Position numbers and translations under genes: made by a program. From the human T2T-CHM13v2.0 reference genome, Homo sapiens, in the NCBI RefSeq assembly GCF_009914755.1, contig NC_060927.1: DNA of 64,000 nt; one strand, 5' to 3'. This document shows positions 1 through 13,692 of the stretch, piece after piece. Position 1 is the first letter of the stretch; the number at the start of each line of letters is the position of its first letter. Under the pieces are notes generated by a model that was given only the letters and a program-made list of their open reading frames with translations, was not told where the DNA came from and searched no databases.

Positions 1-693
<693 letters not shown>

Positions 694-923
694 AAAAGGT
701 AAATAGCATTATCCCCATTTTACAGAAGAGAATGCTGTTCTTCAGACATTGGATTTTGCCTTTAAGGACCCAAGCATGATAGGAGAGATAAGATATGCAG
801 ACAAAAGATAAATAGGGTTAAAAGAAAAAAGTACTCTACCAAACAAGAAGAGAGGAGTTAACTGACATAGAAGACGAAGAGAAGAGATTACTTCTTCCTG
901 GAAATAAATTATAACATAATAAA

Positions 924-1075
924 TGCTTCTCAAATTTTAATGTGCATATAAAATCATCTGGGGAACTTGCTAAAATACAAATTCTGATTTAGAGTTTGAA
1001 GAGAAGCCTAAGATTGGACATTTTAAACAAGCCCTGAGGTGCTACTGGTCCATGGACCACACTTTGAAAAACAAG
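924..1075. mobile_element. MER5A/B-type hAT-Charlie MITE
   Basis: CTTCTCAAATTTTAATGTGCAT..AATCATCTGGGGAACTTGCTAAAATACAAATTCTG..GGTCCATGGACCACACTTTGA. Confidence 0.75.
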
Positions 1076-1084
1076 CTAGTAGTG

Positions 1085-1527
1085 GCCAAGGAACTGGTAG
1101 CCAATCACAGTGCCCCATTTCCCTAGCCACAGTGATTGGTTCAGGCACAGGCATAAGAGCCAATTGGCCAATTAGAGTCTTCTCTGGAATTATATGTAAA
1201 TGTCAGGGGAGAGAAAACCTGCATATCCTTCAGGACCATTAAGTGGGGATGAAGAAATCTTGCATTGCTTCTAGCCAACCCATGCTGTATCAAGAAAGTA
1301 TCTCTGTAGTAGGAAAGAATGAAGCCACTAGGAAAGAGAAAAACCACTACAGAGCCAACAGAGAGATGAAGAAAGAGAAAGAATCCTGATGACATCATTT
1401 AAATACTTGGTATCCCTGAGGCTAGCTCCATCTCTGGTATCCCCAAGTATGGGAGCAATATATCTTTTTTTTTTTTCACTAGGTGAATTAGATTTTTATC
1501 ACTTCCAAGTCAGAGTCCTGAATAAAT
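1085..1527 (+). mobile_element. Ancient ERVL LTR (LTR16/LTR33-like)
   Basis: CCAATCACAG..CCACAGTGATTGGTTCAGG; 3' end TTATCACTTCCAAGTCAGAGTCCTGAATAAAT resembles the LTR16/33 terminus. Confidence 0.55.
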
Positions 1528-1546
1528 CGGGTATTAGTTATCTTAG

Positions 1547-2136
1547 TGTATTTGTTATCTGTCACTGTTTAACAATTACCCCAAAACTTAGTTGCTTAAC
1601 ATGGTAACAATAAGCATGTATTATCTCTCACAATTTCTGTGAGTCAGAGATTTGATAGCAACTTAGCTAGGTAGTTCTGGCCCATATCCTCTCATGAGAT
1701 TTCAGTCAAGGTGTCAGCTGGGGCCACAGTTATCTGAAGGCTTGACTAGGACTAGAAAATCAGCTTCCAAAGTGGCTCACTCATATGGCTGGCAGGTTGG
1801 TATTGATTGTTTGTGAGAAGCTTCAGTTCCTCCCACACTTCAGGCCTTCAGGTGGCCTTCAGGCCACCCAGAAGACCTCTTGAATGTCCTCAAAACATGG
1901 CAGCTAGATTCAGAGAGCAAGAGAGAGAATAAGAGAGAAAGAACACTAGGCAAAAGTTGTATTCTTTTTATAATCCAACTTCAGAAGTCACATAACATCG
2001 TTTTCTCACATTCTATTTATGAGAAGTAAGTCACTAAGAGTAGCCTATATTGAAGGGGGAAGTACACTCTGCTTTTGAAGGGAGAAATGTCAAGGTATTT
2101 GTGGACATATTTGCAAACATAGTTTTAAACTGCCAC
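1547..2136 (-). mobile_element. MLT1F/G/H-type MaLR LTR
   Basis: AACAATTACCCCAAAACTTAGTTGCTTAA, GTCAAGGTGTCAGCTGGGGC, CTTCCAAAGTGGCTCACTCATATGGCTGGCAGG. Confidence 0.75.
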
Positions 2137-2164
2137 ACTTAGCATGTCACATGGCTGGTTAACT

Positions 2165-2310
2165 GCAGAACCAGGATCTGAATTCTTGTCCTGACTTTGC
2201 CACCAATGGTCTGGGTGGACCTGGCATGTCAGTCCATATCTCTGAGTCTTGGTTGTCTCATCTGCCAAATGAGGAGGTTGGATCTGATCCATTCAGCCTT
2301 AAAATCCTAC
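2165..2310 (+). mobile_element. MIR fragment
   Basis: Core CTCTGAGTCTTGGTTGTCTCATCTGCCAAATGAGG. Confidence 0.55.
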
Positions 2311-2739
2311 AGGTGTTTATACCAAAGATACTTAAGGCCATGTATGTTGGTGTCCTTGTAAGAGTCTAATTATCTTTGCCTTTGCTGTCTTCTGAAAAAT
2401 GACTCTTGTTCATGAGGAACAACGATGTTTTTCATCTGTAAATATAACTTGTCTCATATTGTCCTAACCCCCAAATTTCATCAAGCGGGACTTGATTCAA
2501 CCCGCCACTTCATTAAACAAATCCCGACCACCTATGAATGCAGAGGAACATGTGTGTTTTACCCAGGGCCATTTGGGCACAATCAGCCTGACACAGTTGC
2601 TTAATGAAGTCAAGCTTCAGATGATGAAGATTTCAGGATGAGATGGAAGATGAATAGGCACATGACAACACAGTTGGTGAAATATTTGGGGGGAAGGTGG
2701 ACTTTAATGCTATCAATAATGATAATGATGATGATAATG

Positions 2740-2960
2740 CCTTTGAGAGCTTATGGTTTGCAAGCACTGTGCTAAGTATGCCTTTTATCTCTTCGGTCCC
2801 CATAACAACCTCATGAGAAGGTAATATTAGCACCATTTTATGGATAAGAAAATCGAGGCTAAGTTGAGTAGAATGAGTTGCACAAGTTCATGCAGTTAAC
2901 AGAGAGGAGAAATGGGATTAAACCTGGGCCCACTGAATTTATAAGACTGTGTCTTCTACC
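2740..2960 (-). mobile_element. MIR
   Basis: CATAACAACCTCATGAGAAGGTAATATTAGCACCATTTTATGGATAAGAAAATCGAGGCT. Confidence 0.7.
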
Positions 2961-3126
2961 ACTACACACAACTGCCTAATTCTTGTATGTGACCAAGTAG
3001 TCTCTCAGAACCCAAATAAAAGTCTTACGAGTAGGTCTGATTTTATTGTCATTTTCAATTTCTTTTTTTAATCATAAACTTTGGTCATCCTCTACATTTT
3101 AAAGAATGACTTAAAATCTAAGAGAT

Positions 3127-3436
<310 letters not shown>

Positions 3437-3895
3437 TCATCATTATAAAACATTCATGAGGTTCCCCACAGTGTGATCCTGTATTTGGTAAAGATAGCTA
3501 AATAGACACAGCCTCAAACCCATCTACTTAAAACACTCAGTCAAGGGCAGGCCAAGATGGTGCCGTGAACTGGGTAGGAGATGCCAAGGCAGTTAGTGAA
3601 AGGGGAAGGAGAATTCATCAGAAAAGTTAAGGCCAGATGGGGAGCCAGGAGGCTTGTAGGTGGGAGAGGCAGAGGAGGGGACAATGCTGGCAAATATCAT
3701 AAGGTCCTGGACCGAGGCTCAGCTGGGGGGTCAAGAGGGTGAGCAGTTGGCACCCTGTTATACCCAAGTCAGCCAGCACAGGCGACCCAGTAGAAGTTGC
3801 AGGGTTAGCAAGTGCCAGGGTCCAGGCAAGTGGAAATCAGGCTGACAGGTTGAAATCAGGAAGGCAGCAAGATCAAGAATAGGATGAGGGAGTCA

Positions 3896-4324
<429 letters not shown>

Positions 4325-4342
4325 TCATGATGAGATGAAGAA

Positions 4343-5400
4343 AGACTTCCACTTCCACTAGTGGTGGGTTAGGCTGTTTGGACCAACCCTCCTTCGAGAA
4401 ACAACTAAACATGCTGGATGAATTGAACATCTTAGAAGCACGTAAGAGTTAATCATATAGTAGGATATTACCAGGCCAAAACTAAAAGGAAAACAGGAAC
4501 CCAAAGAGATAAGCAGAGCTGGGAAGTCACTTTGGAACCAAGGGCATTGGCTGAATCCAGTAATTTGAACTTTTGTTTTGATGGCCTTGTGGGATAAGAG
4601 AGGCAGAAATCAAAAGTGCAGTCTAATTGGAGACCCTCTCCATAATAACAGAGACCCCAAAGCCCTACACTCTCAGGAAAAAGGTGAACCAAAAATAAAC
4701 TAGACCTAGCCAGGCTCAGTGATGCACACCTATAATCCAGCTACTCTGGAGGCTGAGGTGGGAAAATTTTTGAGGCCAGGAGTTCAAGACCAGCCTGGGA
4801 CAACACAGAGAGCCTCCTGTCTCTAAAAAAGGACCCAGCTACTCTGGAGGCTAAGGCAGGAGAATTCCTTGAGCTTACAGTCCAAGACCAGCCTGGGCAA
4901 TATAGCAAGACCCCATCTCAAAACAAAAAAAAAAAAGTGAACTAGGTGTATCAGATTTGTGGCCCAGATTCAGTGTTTGATTGTCCAGGCAACTTCAAAC
5001 TTTGAACCTGGTTTAAGGTGGTCCCCAGACACCTGACAAATGCAGACACAGATCATCTCTGGAGGAAGGTACCTTTTCCCTAGACCTCAGATTACTCCTG
5101 CAAGTTATTTTTTCAGGTATAATGAGCAGCATACAATCAAAGATAACCAGGGATTAAAAGAAATAAGGCACCATGAACAAGAACAAGCAAGAAATAGCAG
5201 CCCGCAGAAATAGTCCTACTAAGACTTTAGATATTGGAGTTATCAGGCACAGATTAGAAACTAAGTGTTGGTAATATGTTTGCAGAAATAAAAGACAAGG
5301 TCAGGAATATATACATGGAACAGGAAATGATCAAAAGCCACCCAGCAGATTTGAAAAAGACTCAAGTAGAACTTCCAGAAACAATACAAAATCAAAAAAA
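4343..5400 (+). mobile_element. Ancient L1M 5' region with degenerate ORF1 start
   Basis: GACTTCCACTTCC-type L1M 5' start; TTTAGATATTGGAGTTATCAG; ORF 5276 (MFAEIKDKVRNIYMEQEMIK..DLKKTQVELPE) resembles an L1 ORF1 coiled coil. Confidence 0.6.
4708..4936 (+). mobile_element. Two tandem FLAM-like Alu monomers
   Basis: Two monomers, each with CAGCTACTCTGGAGGCT..AAGACCAGCCTGGG, then an A tail. Confidence 0.75.
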
Positions 5401-5464
5401 CTTTATTTTAGAGGCAAAATTAAATTCCATCATGGAAATTTCTTGGAAACAAGTGCAAGGCATA

Positions 5465-5990
5465 CCTATTAAGATGATTTTTGGCTGCAAGAAAACAAGC
5501 ACCCCACTACATGTGTCTTAAATGATGAAGATGATTTACTATCTTGTATAACAAGAATCTAGTCTTTGGGCTGTTTTAGGATTATTTCTGTGGTGAAATC
5601 TAGGTTTCTGTGGTGTCATCTAGGATCCTTTGCCTCTTTCCATGCCACAGTCCTCCGTGTGTTGGCTTTTATCTTAGATTTGTTCCCTCATGGTGGCAAG
5701 ATGGCTGCAGCAGCTCCAGCCATAACATTGTTATATTACCTCATTCAAAGGCAGACATAAAGAAGGCTTTCCCCTATGAGTCTCTCTTTTATCAAGGAGG
5801 AAAGCCTTTCCCAGAAGCAACTCCACCAGGCTTTCCTTCGTGTCCAACTGACCAAGAACAGGCCATGTACTCTAGCTACAAGGCAGGCTGCGAAAGTGAG
5901 TTGCTGACGTTTTCAGCCTCTAAAGTGGAGATGGAATCTGAAAGCCGGGGAGAAGAAGGAAAGAAATGGCTGCTGGGTCATCAGCCCTGA
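5465..5990 (-). mobile_element. Ancient MaLR/ERVL LTR (MLT1K/L-like)
   Basis: TTTTGGCTGCAAG..CTTAAATGATGAAG; GGTGGCAAGATGGCTGCAGCAGCTCCAGCC; CTCTAGCTACAAGGCAGGCTG. Confidence 0.55.
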
Positions 5991-6288
5991 TTCTGTGTAG
6001 GAACCCTTAGAAGGGGAATATGGTGACAGAGAGACAGAAAGATTCCAATATTGGAGTAGTTTGTCTTCAGGAGCATTGAGCTCCTCTTTCAGTACCATTT
6101 TCCCTCTTTTAGAACCATTGTCACGTTCCTTCCCTTCTCCAATCCATTCTCCTAGGATACCTGAAGACCTTTCTTCTCTGCATCTTCTCCTTCAGGAGGT
6201 AAAGAGGATCTTAAAAGCAATTGATCTGATAGTTTAAATTAGTTGTCTGTATTACTACTCCCATAAGAAGCATAAAGAGGAGAATCCA

Positions 6289-6624
6289 GGCTGGGCACGG
6301 TGGCTCACACCTACAATCCCAGCACTTTAGGAGGCTGAGGTAGGTGGATTGCCTGAGCTCAGAAGTTCAAGACCAGCCTGGGCAACATGGCAAAACGCTG
6401 TCTCTACTGAAAATACAAAAAAAAAAAAAAAAATTCGCTGGCTGAAGTGGTGTGCATCTCTGGTCCCCAGGTACTCATGAGGCTGAGGTGGGAGGATCGC
6501 TTGAGCCTAGGAGGTGGAGATTGCAGTGAGCTGGGATCATGCCATGCACTCCAGCCTGGGCAACAGAGTGAGACCCCATCTCAAAAAAAAAAAAAAAAAA
6601 GAAAGAAAGAAAGAAAAAAGAAAA
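6289..6624 (+). mobile_element. Alu (AluJ-like)
   Basis: Dimeric Alu with GGGAGGATCGCTTGAGCC; TSD-like GAGGA(G/T)AATCCA. Confidence 0.92.
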
Positions 6625-7039
6625 CGAGGATAATCCAAAGGAATCAATACCACGGTGGTATTTCAGACACTGTTGGCTCATGAGAGACAGGGCCAAAGTA
6701 AGGAGAATTCGGGAGCAGTAAGTGTGGGGAGGCAGCATTCGGACTCAGGTATTATACATGCAAGACAGCCCGCGAATCACCCAAGTGGTGATGGAACACT
6801 GATGCACCTTGGTGGCTGTGGAGCAGGAGCAAGAGTGCTGGTCTTGGAGCCTGAAGCCTGGGGTGGCTGTTGTGACTTAGAAGCTGCATGGCTTTGGAGA
6901 GGGGGCTGCTTCTCCTGACCCCATTTTATTCATCTGGAAGACAATAAAACTTGACTCAATGACTTTTAAGGCCCCTTCTTGTTCTAAAGCAATAACAAAA
7001 CCAAAATCAAAATCAAAAGTAACAATAGTGACAGAAGAG

Positions 7040-7455
7040 AATTCAAAAGAAATGGAAATAATGCTGGTGGGACTCTCTCCTCCTCTCCCAGGTCCACTTC
7101 TGTCTTTGTGTATTGGCTTTATTTTCGCCCCACATCAGGACAAAGGAGAAGGAGGAAGGCAGCAGGAGATGGAAGGGGAGCCGGCTGTCACTGCTACCCA
7201 GAGCTACAGGCTGTCGTCATTGGTCCAGCAAAAGAACAAAAGAAGGTCTCTCTTCCAGCATTTGTGTCTAACATCTTAAGGAAGCACCTTGCCCATTCAC
7301 ATGCCCATGCTTTATTAGCCAGGCCTGGGCCCTGTTGAGGGCATGGCAGGGACAGGGTGGGTAATGGATATTACTGTGATGGGTGCCCCCACCAGAACCA
7401 CAGGAAATAGGAGATGCTATTACCAGAAGATGGAAATTTTCTGGGCAGACAAAAA
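7040..7455 (-). mobile_element. LTR33-like ERVL LTR
   Basis: GCCAGGCCTGGG..GATGCTATTACCAGAAGATGGAAATTTTCTGGGCAGACAAAA is the reverse of the LTR33 5' end. Confidence 0.55.
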
Positions 7456-7474
7456 GAAAAAAAATCTGCATAGT

Positions 7475-7610
7475 ATAATTTGCCCCATTTATAACAATAA
7501 ATTGAGGCCCAGAGAAGTTAAACACCTTACCCATGACACACAGCAAGTAACTGTTGCAGTGGTTTAAGCCCAAGTTTTCTACGTCTGAGGTCTAGGCTCC
7601 TCCCACTGTA
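7475..7610 (-). mobile_element. MIR fragment
   Basis: CCCCATTT..AATTGAGGCCCAGAGAAGTTAAACACCTTACCCATGACACACAGC. Confidence 0.65.
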
Positions 7611-8781
7611 CCTTAGTTCATCTTTGAAATTATGAAACCATTTCTTTGCTTTACTTTAAATGACAATTCTCTGTCTTTATTATCTTCTGAACTAGATCAA
7701 GAGATAACTTTTATTCATTTGTAGGTCACTTTCTATTACTGGAAAGCTCTTCTAATTAACCAGTAATATGCTCAACAAGGCATGGGAGGGGCAGAGATGT
7801 GGGGCAGGGCAGCCACTGAGCAGATGTTGCCAACGGCATCACTTCATACCATACTTTAGAGGACACAGAAAGGACGGAGAGGGAAAGGGGGGCTTCCCAA
7901 AAGAGCCCTAACAACCTTTGGTTTGTAAAGTGCCCCAGTGGTCTGGAAATCAGGGAGTGTGATGATGAATGGGGTTTTTTAATGAAGACACTTCCCAAAC
8001 CTGGTAGATGATTAAAAGGTTGGGAGGTGCTTCAGAGTAATGACTAAGAAGTCTCTGCTAATTGTGCTGAAGGCACAGAACTTGTCACCGTGGCAGAAGG
8101 CGTCAGAGGCAGAGAGTATGTCCTGTGTGCCCATCACAACAGCTGCTCACAAAACAAGCATCCACGTGCTCCCATTATTGCTAAATGTCTGTTCAGCCCA
8201 CATCGACTCTGATCTGGAAAACTGCCCCCTGCTTGTGTTCAGTGTTCCCACCTTGGTCACGACCTCTTGCCCTTGTCAACAAAGTCAGCCTTGGAGTTGG
8301 TACTTTCTCTTGGCAAGTGGGGAAATTTGAGCAAGAAGGAGAGAGTGCAGGTGGAACACGGTTGGTCCCTGTTCTGGAAGTCAAGAGAGAACAGCCCGGG
8401 TTTAGCCCACTACGTCCTTTATTTGGTCCACACTTCTTTAAAAAAAGGATTTGAAGGTTTTGTTAACCAGGTAGCTCCTGCAGCTCTTCGTGGACATGGG
8501 AAGTTCTATCCCATTTAACCAGGCGTGGGAGAATCAGACCTCAGAGAGCTCTGTGTGCTCCTAGCTCAGAACAGTTGGGTTAGGATGAAGCTCGAAGAGG
8601 AACATTTCCTGGCCGCCTACAATGTGTCACTTGTTACCCCCTCAGTGCCCCAAATCTTCATCTCTGTCAACCTGAGAGGACCCTAAAGGGGAGGAGAGCA
8701 CAGTCAGCTTGGCTCCTCAAGGCTTCTTAACTTGAGCTGTCCAGCATCACCCTTCACCCCAAAAGGCTTCTTTCCTGGTGT

Positions 8782-9140
<359 letters not shown>

Positions 9141-9364
9141 TAGCACAACTTCCAGAGCCTGAAAGGACAAAGCCCAGCCCCCCCTGGACTGACACGAGCC
9201 TTTCACTTTCTTCTTCATTTCCCTCATTCCCTTTTGATCCCCCACAGGGTTCTCTCCACATTCCTGCCCCTTGGGCATCCAGCCTCTGTTTGCATCCTGC
9301 CCTTAATGAGGAGCCCACTACCTCCAGTAGCCCCATCTATTTTCAGACAACTCCAATTGTACTG

Positions 9365-9985
9365 TTTCAAAGGGTTTTCTCTGGCAAACTAATTTCCAAA
9401 GATGCCCTAGGGGTGAAGAAAGAAAAAGATTGGTGGATAAACACATTTGGAAAAAACTGCTTGTGATAATATCTTCCTAGAGATTTATTCCACAACAGTA
9501 TATTCTGAGTTATGAGAAATATAGCAATTGAGAAACCTGTTTAACTTTGCTCAGCTGAGAATTCCTAAATTTATTTGATTACAGAGTCCTTTCTTCAAGA
9601 ATCATCTACCAACAAGCTGGGCGCAGTGGCTCACACCTATAATCCCAGGACTTTTGGAGGCTGAGGCGAATGAATTGCTTGAGCTTAGGAGTTCAAGACC
9701 AGTCTGGGCAATATGGTGAAATCCCGTCTACACACACACACACACGCACTCTTACAAAAAATTAGCCAGGCATGGTGGTGCGCACCTGTAGTCCCAGCTA
9801 CTCAGGAGGCTGAGGTGGGAGGATCCCACCTCAGGAGGTTACAGTGAGCTATGATCACAGGCCACTGCACTCCATCCTGGGTGACAGAACAGGACCCTGT
9901 CTCAAAAAAAAAAAAAAAAAAGAAAGAAAGAAAGAAAAATTATCTACCAACCCCCTGTACATCTTAGAAATGCTGTGTCACAAAG
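9365..9985. mobile_element. Old hAT-Charlie DNA transposon fossil (subfamily uncertain), interrupted by an Alu
   Basis: GAAACCTGTTTAACTTTG..TTCCTAAATTTATTTGATTACAGA; resumes after the Alu as ..TTAGAAATGCTG. Confidence 0.45.
9615..9939 (+). mobile_element. AluJ with (CA)n in the linker
   Basis: Dimeric Alu; TSD AT(C/T)ATCTACCAAC. Confidence 0.92.
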
Positions 9986-10132
9986 TTTTTCTGGGGCGGC
10001 AATCACTCCTCCTGAGAGTCCCACCTACTGACTTCCTTTCTAAGTTCTGAGGTACGAAGAACACGGCTGGTCTCTTCACAGATTGGAATATTAAGATTTA
10101 ACCCATATTAAGCACTTAGAAGGAGCCAGGTT

Positions 10133-10410
10133 GGCCAGACGCGGTGGCTCAGGCCTGTAATCCCAGCACTTTGGGAGGCCAAGGCCGGCAGATCACGAGG
10201 TCAGGAGATCAAGACCATCCTGGCTAACACGGTGAAACCCCGTCTCTACTAAAAATAGCCGGGCATGGTGGCGGGCGCCTGTAGTCCCAGCTACTCAGGA
10301 GGCTGAGGCAGGAGAATGGCGTGAACCCGGGAGGCGGAGCTTGCAGTGAGCCAAGATGGAGCCACCGCACTCCAGCCTGGGCGACAGGGCGAGACTCCGT
10401 CTCAAAAAAA
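10133..10410 (+). mobile_element. AluY with shortened linker
   Basis: GACCATCCTGGCTAACACGG, GAATGGCGTGAACCCGGGAGGCGGAGCTTGCAG. Confidence 0.95.
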
Positions 10411-10965
10411 GAGCTTTTTACAAGTGACCCCACACCCCTTGTCTAACAGAAGGAGAAACTGAGGCTTAGAGGGGTTAGATGACATCCCATAGCTAGATAG
10501 TGGCAGAGGAAAACAAACCCAGCATCTAATACAAAGTATACAAAAACAGGAGAATGCTTAGCACATGGCGAATGTTCGATAAATGTTATTTATGTTGTTG
10601 CTGTTATTGCTGTTATTATTATTATTATTTTCTTTTACCATCCATCTGGCTCAGAATACTGTTATTATTATCTGACTTAAGAGTAAGTGCTCTTAACCTT
10701 GTGAAAAAGTTTTCCCATGTTTAGATGATGTCTCTTTCCTATCCATTTCTCCACACTGTGCAAACCAGGAAGAAGGATTGAACACCCAGGACATCTAATC
10801 TTTTCCAGCTTAAAGCAATCTTCCATTTGCTGGTTCCTCAGAAGAAGGACTGTCTAAATCCTCAGAAATACAGTGGAAATGAATCCTTCAAAAAGATCAC
10901 CGAGGGAGAGCAGAGAAGAACAGGGGACTGGGGAGAATCCATCAGGAGGAGGAGAATCTTCCAGA

Positions 10966-11178
10966 CCAAGGTTGGCAAACCACAGTCCCCAGCCCCATTC
11001 CGGCCCAGTCCACTGTGTTTGGTAAATAAGGTTTTATTGGAACACAGCCACACTCATTCATGTATGTATTTATTACCTATGCTGCTTTCTGCACTATAAC
11101 AACAGAGTTAAGTAGTTTCAAAAGACAGCTAAAATATTTACTATGTGGTCCTTTACAGAATCGGTTTGCCAACCCTTG
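10966..11178. mobile_element. MER58A hAT-Charlie MITE
   Basis: TIRs CAAGGTTGGCAAAC / GTTTGCCAACCCTTG; internal AATAAGGTTTTATTGGAACACAGCCAC. Confidence 0.85.
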
Positions 11179-11969
11179 CTCTAGGTTGTGGAGAGGAGAA
11201 ATGTGGGCTGGAGAGGGTTTGTGATCAGCTGGGTGTCTGTCTGTCTTTTATTGTTTTCTGGATGCTCTAGGAAAATCCAGCTAAGAGTTGCTAGGGGCCA
11301 GAATGAGACACCTTACAAGAACTTTAAGTAAGGAAGCTACGGCTCTCCACCAAAGTTAAGCTTTACGTCTATTTGTGATGGCTCAGAGCTGAGACATGCA
11401 AAGTCCTCTGAAGGTCACTGCATCACTCCAAGGTGAGACGCATGTGACTCTCAGTGGATCAAGGTGATGGCCTATCTCAAGAGAGACTGACTAGTCAACA
11501 AAATGGGGTTTGGTCAGCCTTGTTCACTGAGACAGAGCAGAGGTTATTGTTGGCACGACTCCATTCGGGCACTGGTCCAGGTGAGGGGAGGCCTCCAGTG
11601 GATGGAATATCTCAAGTGGGAAGACCATTTCTACAAGGCCTTCTATGTTGAAGGAGCTCTTAGCCTATTGTCCTTGAACAGTCAATCACCTACACAATGC
11701 CCTTGTTGCAACTCCACGATCTCGAAGCAACCTTCTGGTTATGACTTGGCTCCTTCCCGTGTAGGTCTGCCAATACCCCATATGCCTGGACGGGTTTTAG
11801 GGTGACTGAGAACTCCTGAAATTGTGTGTGCAATGTTGGGTATATGTGAGAATGCACATTATTAAGGACGAGGTCCCCCATGTTTGTTAGAGTCTCAGAG
11901 ACAATGAAAGTTTAGAAAAGAGACCCAGCATTTATCTGTGTGAATGTTTTAATTAGGGCTTCCTTCCAC

Positions 11970-12080
11970 CCTCCAACTGAGGGCAGGAACTCTGTCTCAG
12001 ACACCATTGTTCCTCCGGCACTCAGCCCTGTGCCAAGCTCATAAGACATGCTTACTAAGTATTTGTTGCAGCAAGAATGG
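11970..12080 (+). mobile_element. L2 3' end fragment
   Basis: TGAGGGCAGGAACTCTGTCT..TGTGCCAAGCTCATAAG..TAAGTATTTGTTG. Confidence 0.6.
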
Positions 12081-13020
12081 AAGGAAGAAAATAAAGAGGA
12101 GAGGCTGGGGACAATGGAGGATGGGAGGGAGGAAGGTTGGGGTTGGTCATACAAACATGAGTGTTCAGGTCGCTGGGATAGAATTTTCATTGTAATTTAG
12201 GAAACTGACCTTCTGATTTATACAACAGTCTCGTGAGCATGGTTAATGGATTTTCCCTCAGGCATAGACCTGTTCCTGGTGTGCTGTCAAATCAGGATTC
12301 TTAAGCCTGAAAAGTTTATGGCCAGAGCCTGGACCTGGGTGAATGCACAAGCAGGTCTCCTCAGGAGACAGACAGCTGGCTTTTCCCCAGATGGAGAAGG
12401 AGGGCTTTAGTTTTCCTGTAATTGCATTTCTACTGCAATAATAGTGTCTGCTGTCTTCTCGCAGTGCTGGGGACATTCAAAGCCAGTGTGCCAGTGCCTA
12501 GGACAGTGCTGGCACCCAGTAGGTGCTCAGCAAACATTTACTGTGCAAAGGGATGTTGTGCTATTTTGGGTAACTGATAAAATATAGATTTGCACAATTG
12601 TTTTTGCAATTACAGCTAAAAACATGATTGAATAACCCACAAGCTATAGTCTGCAACTACAGACATTCTAAAGTAATAAGGCTAACAGGAATTCAAAAAA
12701 CCAAATCATTACTAGTTTTGAAACACAGTGTCCCTAAACAGACACGAGAGCCTAATGCCCAAACCAGCCCTCCTGCCTATGGGGTTTTCCAGGCCTTGCT
12801 TGACACCTTCTAGATGGTAGCAGTTTACAACTTGGTAGGCAGCAGCATGGAGCCTTAAAAAAGAACAATTTCAATTTAAGATTTGGTTGAGGATTTCTAG
12901 ATACTTAGTGAAAATTCATAAAGCTGCAAAGTACTGCTCCATGACAACTGAAAGATGGTCATGTCTCCCGTTGGTGACTTAGGTAGATCTGTATCTTATT
13001 CTCTCATTCCCTTCTCAGGG

Positions 13021-13062
13021 CACACACACACACTCACATACACACACATGCGCATACACACA
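13021..13062. repeat. Imperfect (CA)n microsatellite
   Basis: CACACACACACACTCACATACACACACATGCGCATACACA. Confidence 0.85.
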
Positions 13063-13116
13063 GCTTGATTTCTTCTGAAAAAAAAAAAAAAAAAAAAAGG
13101 AATACCTGTGTGGTGC

Positions 13117-13692
13117 TATATTATTTATCTATTTCTGTGTAACAGTTTACCCCAAAACTTAGCAATGCAAAGTAACAAATGTTGATTATCTCAAACAGGC
13201 TCTGACGGTCATGAATGCAGGTGCAGTTTACCTGCGTGGTAAGGTCTCCTGAGCTCTCATGAGGGTGCAGCCAAACTGTCCGCCAAGGCTGCAGCCTTAG
13301 CAACGTTCAACTGGGGCTGGAGGAGCTGCCTCCAAAACCACTCATGTGTTTATTGGCTGGCCTCAGTTTCCTGCTGGCTCTTAGCCTGAAGCTTTAGTTC
13401 CTTCCCGCATGAGCTACTATATAAGGTACTTATACATGGTTGCTTGCTTCCCTCAGAGAGGAGAAACAGATAGACTGACCAACAGACAGACACACAGATG
13501 GACAGGGTCAGAGACAGGAAAGAGAGAGAGAAGTTGCAGCTTTTTATGACTTAATTTTGGAGGGGCATACCATCACTTCTCTATAGGCCATTGGCCACAC
13601 AGACCAACTGTGATACAGCACAGGGGGGAAATAAACAAAGGTGTGTCTATCAGGAGAAGGGGACCACTAGGGGCCATCTTGGGGATCACTTA
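13117..13692 (-). mobile_element. MLT1E/F-type MaLR LTR
   Basis: TATCTATTTCTGTGTAACAGTTTACCCCAAAACTTAG ... ACTAGGGGCCATCTTGGGG. Confidence 0.75.

Noticed and set aside
1851-1868. GGTGGCCT-TC-AGGCCACC 8-bp hairpin in MLT1
   Set aside because: Real but short; probably a trivial local duplication with no support for function.
5276-5521. 81-aa ORF with coiled-coil-like composition
   Set aside because: Best explained as a degenerate L1 ORF1 remnant running into adjacent repeat sequence, not a host gene.
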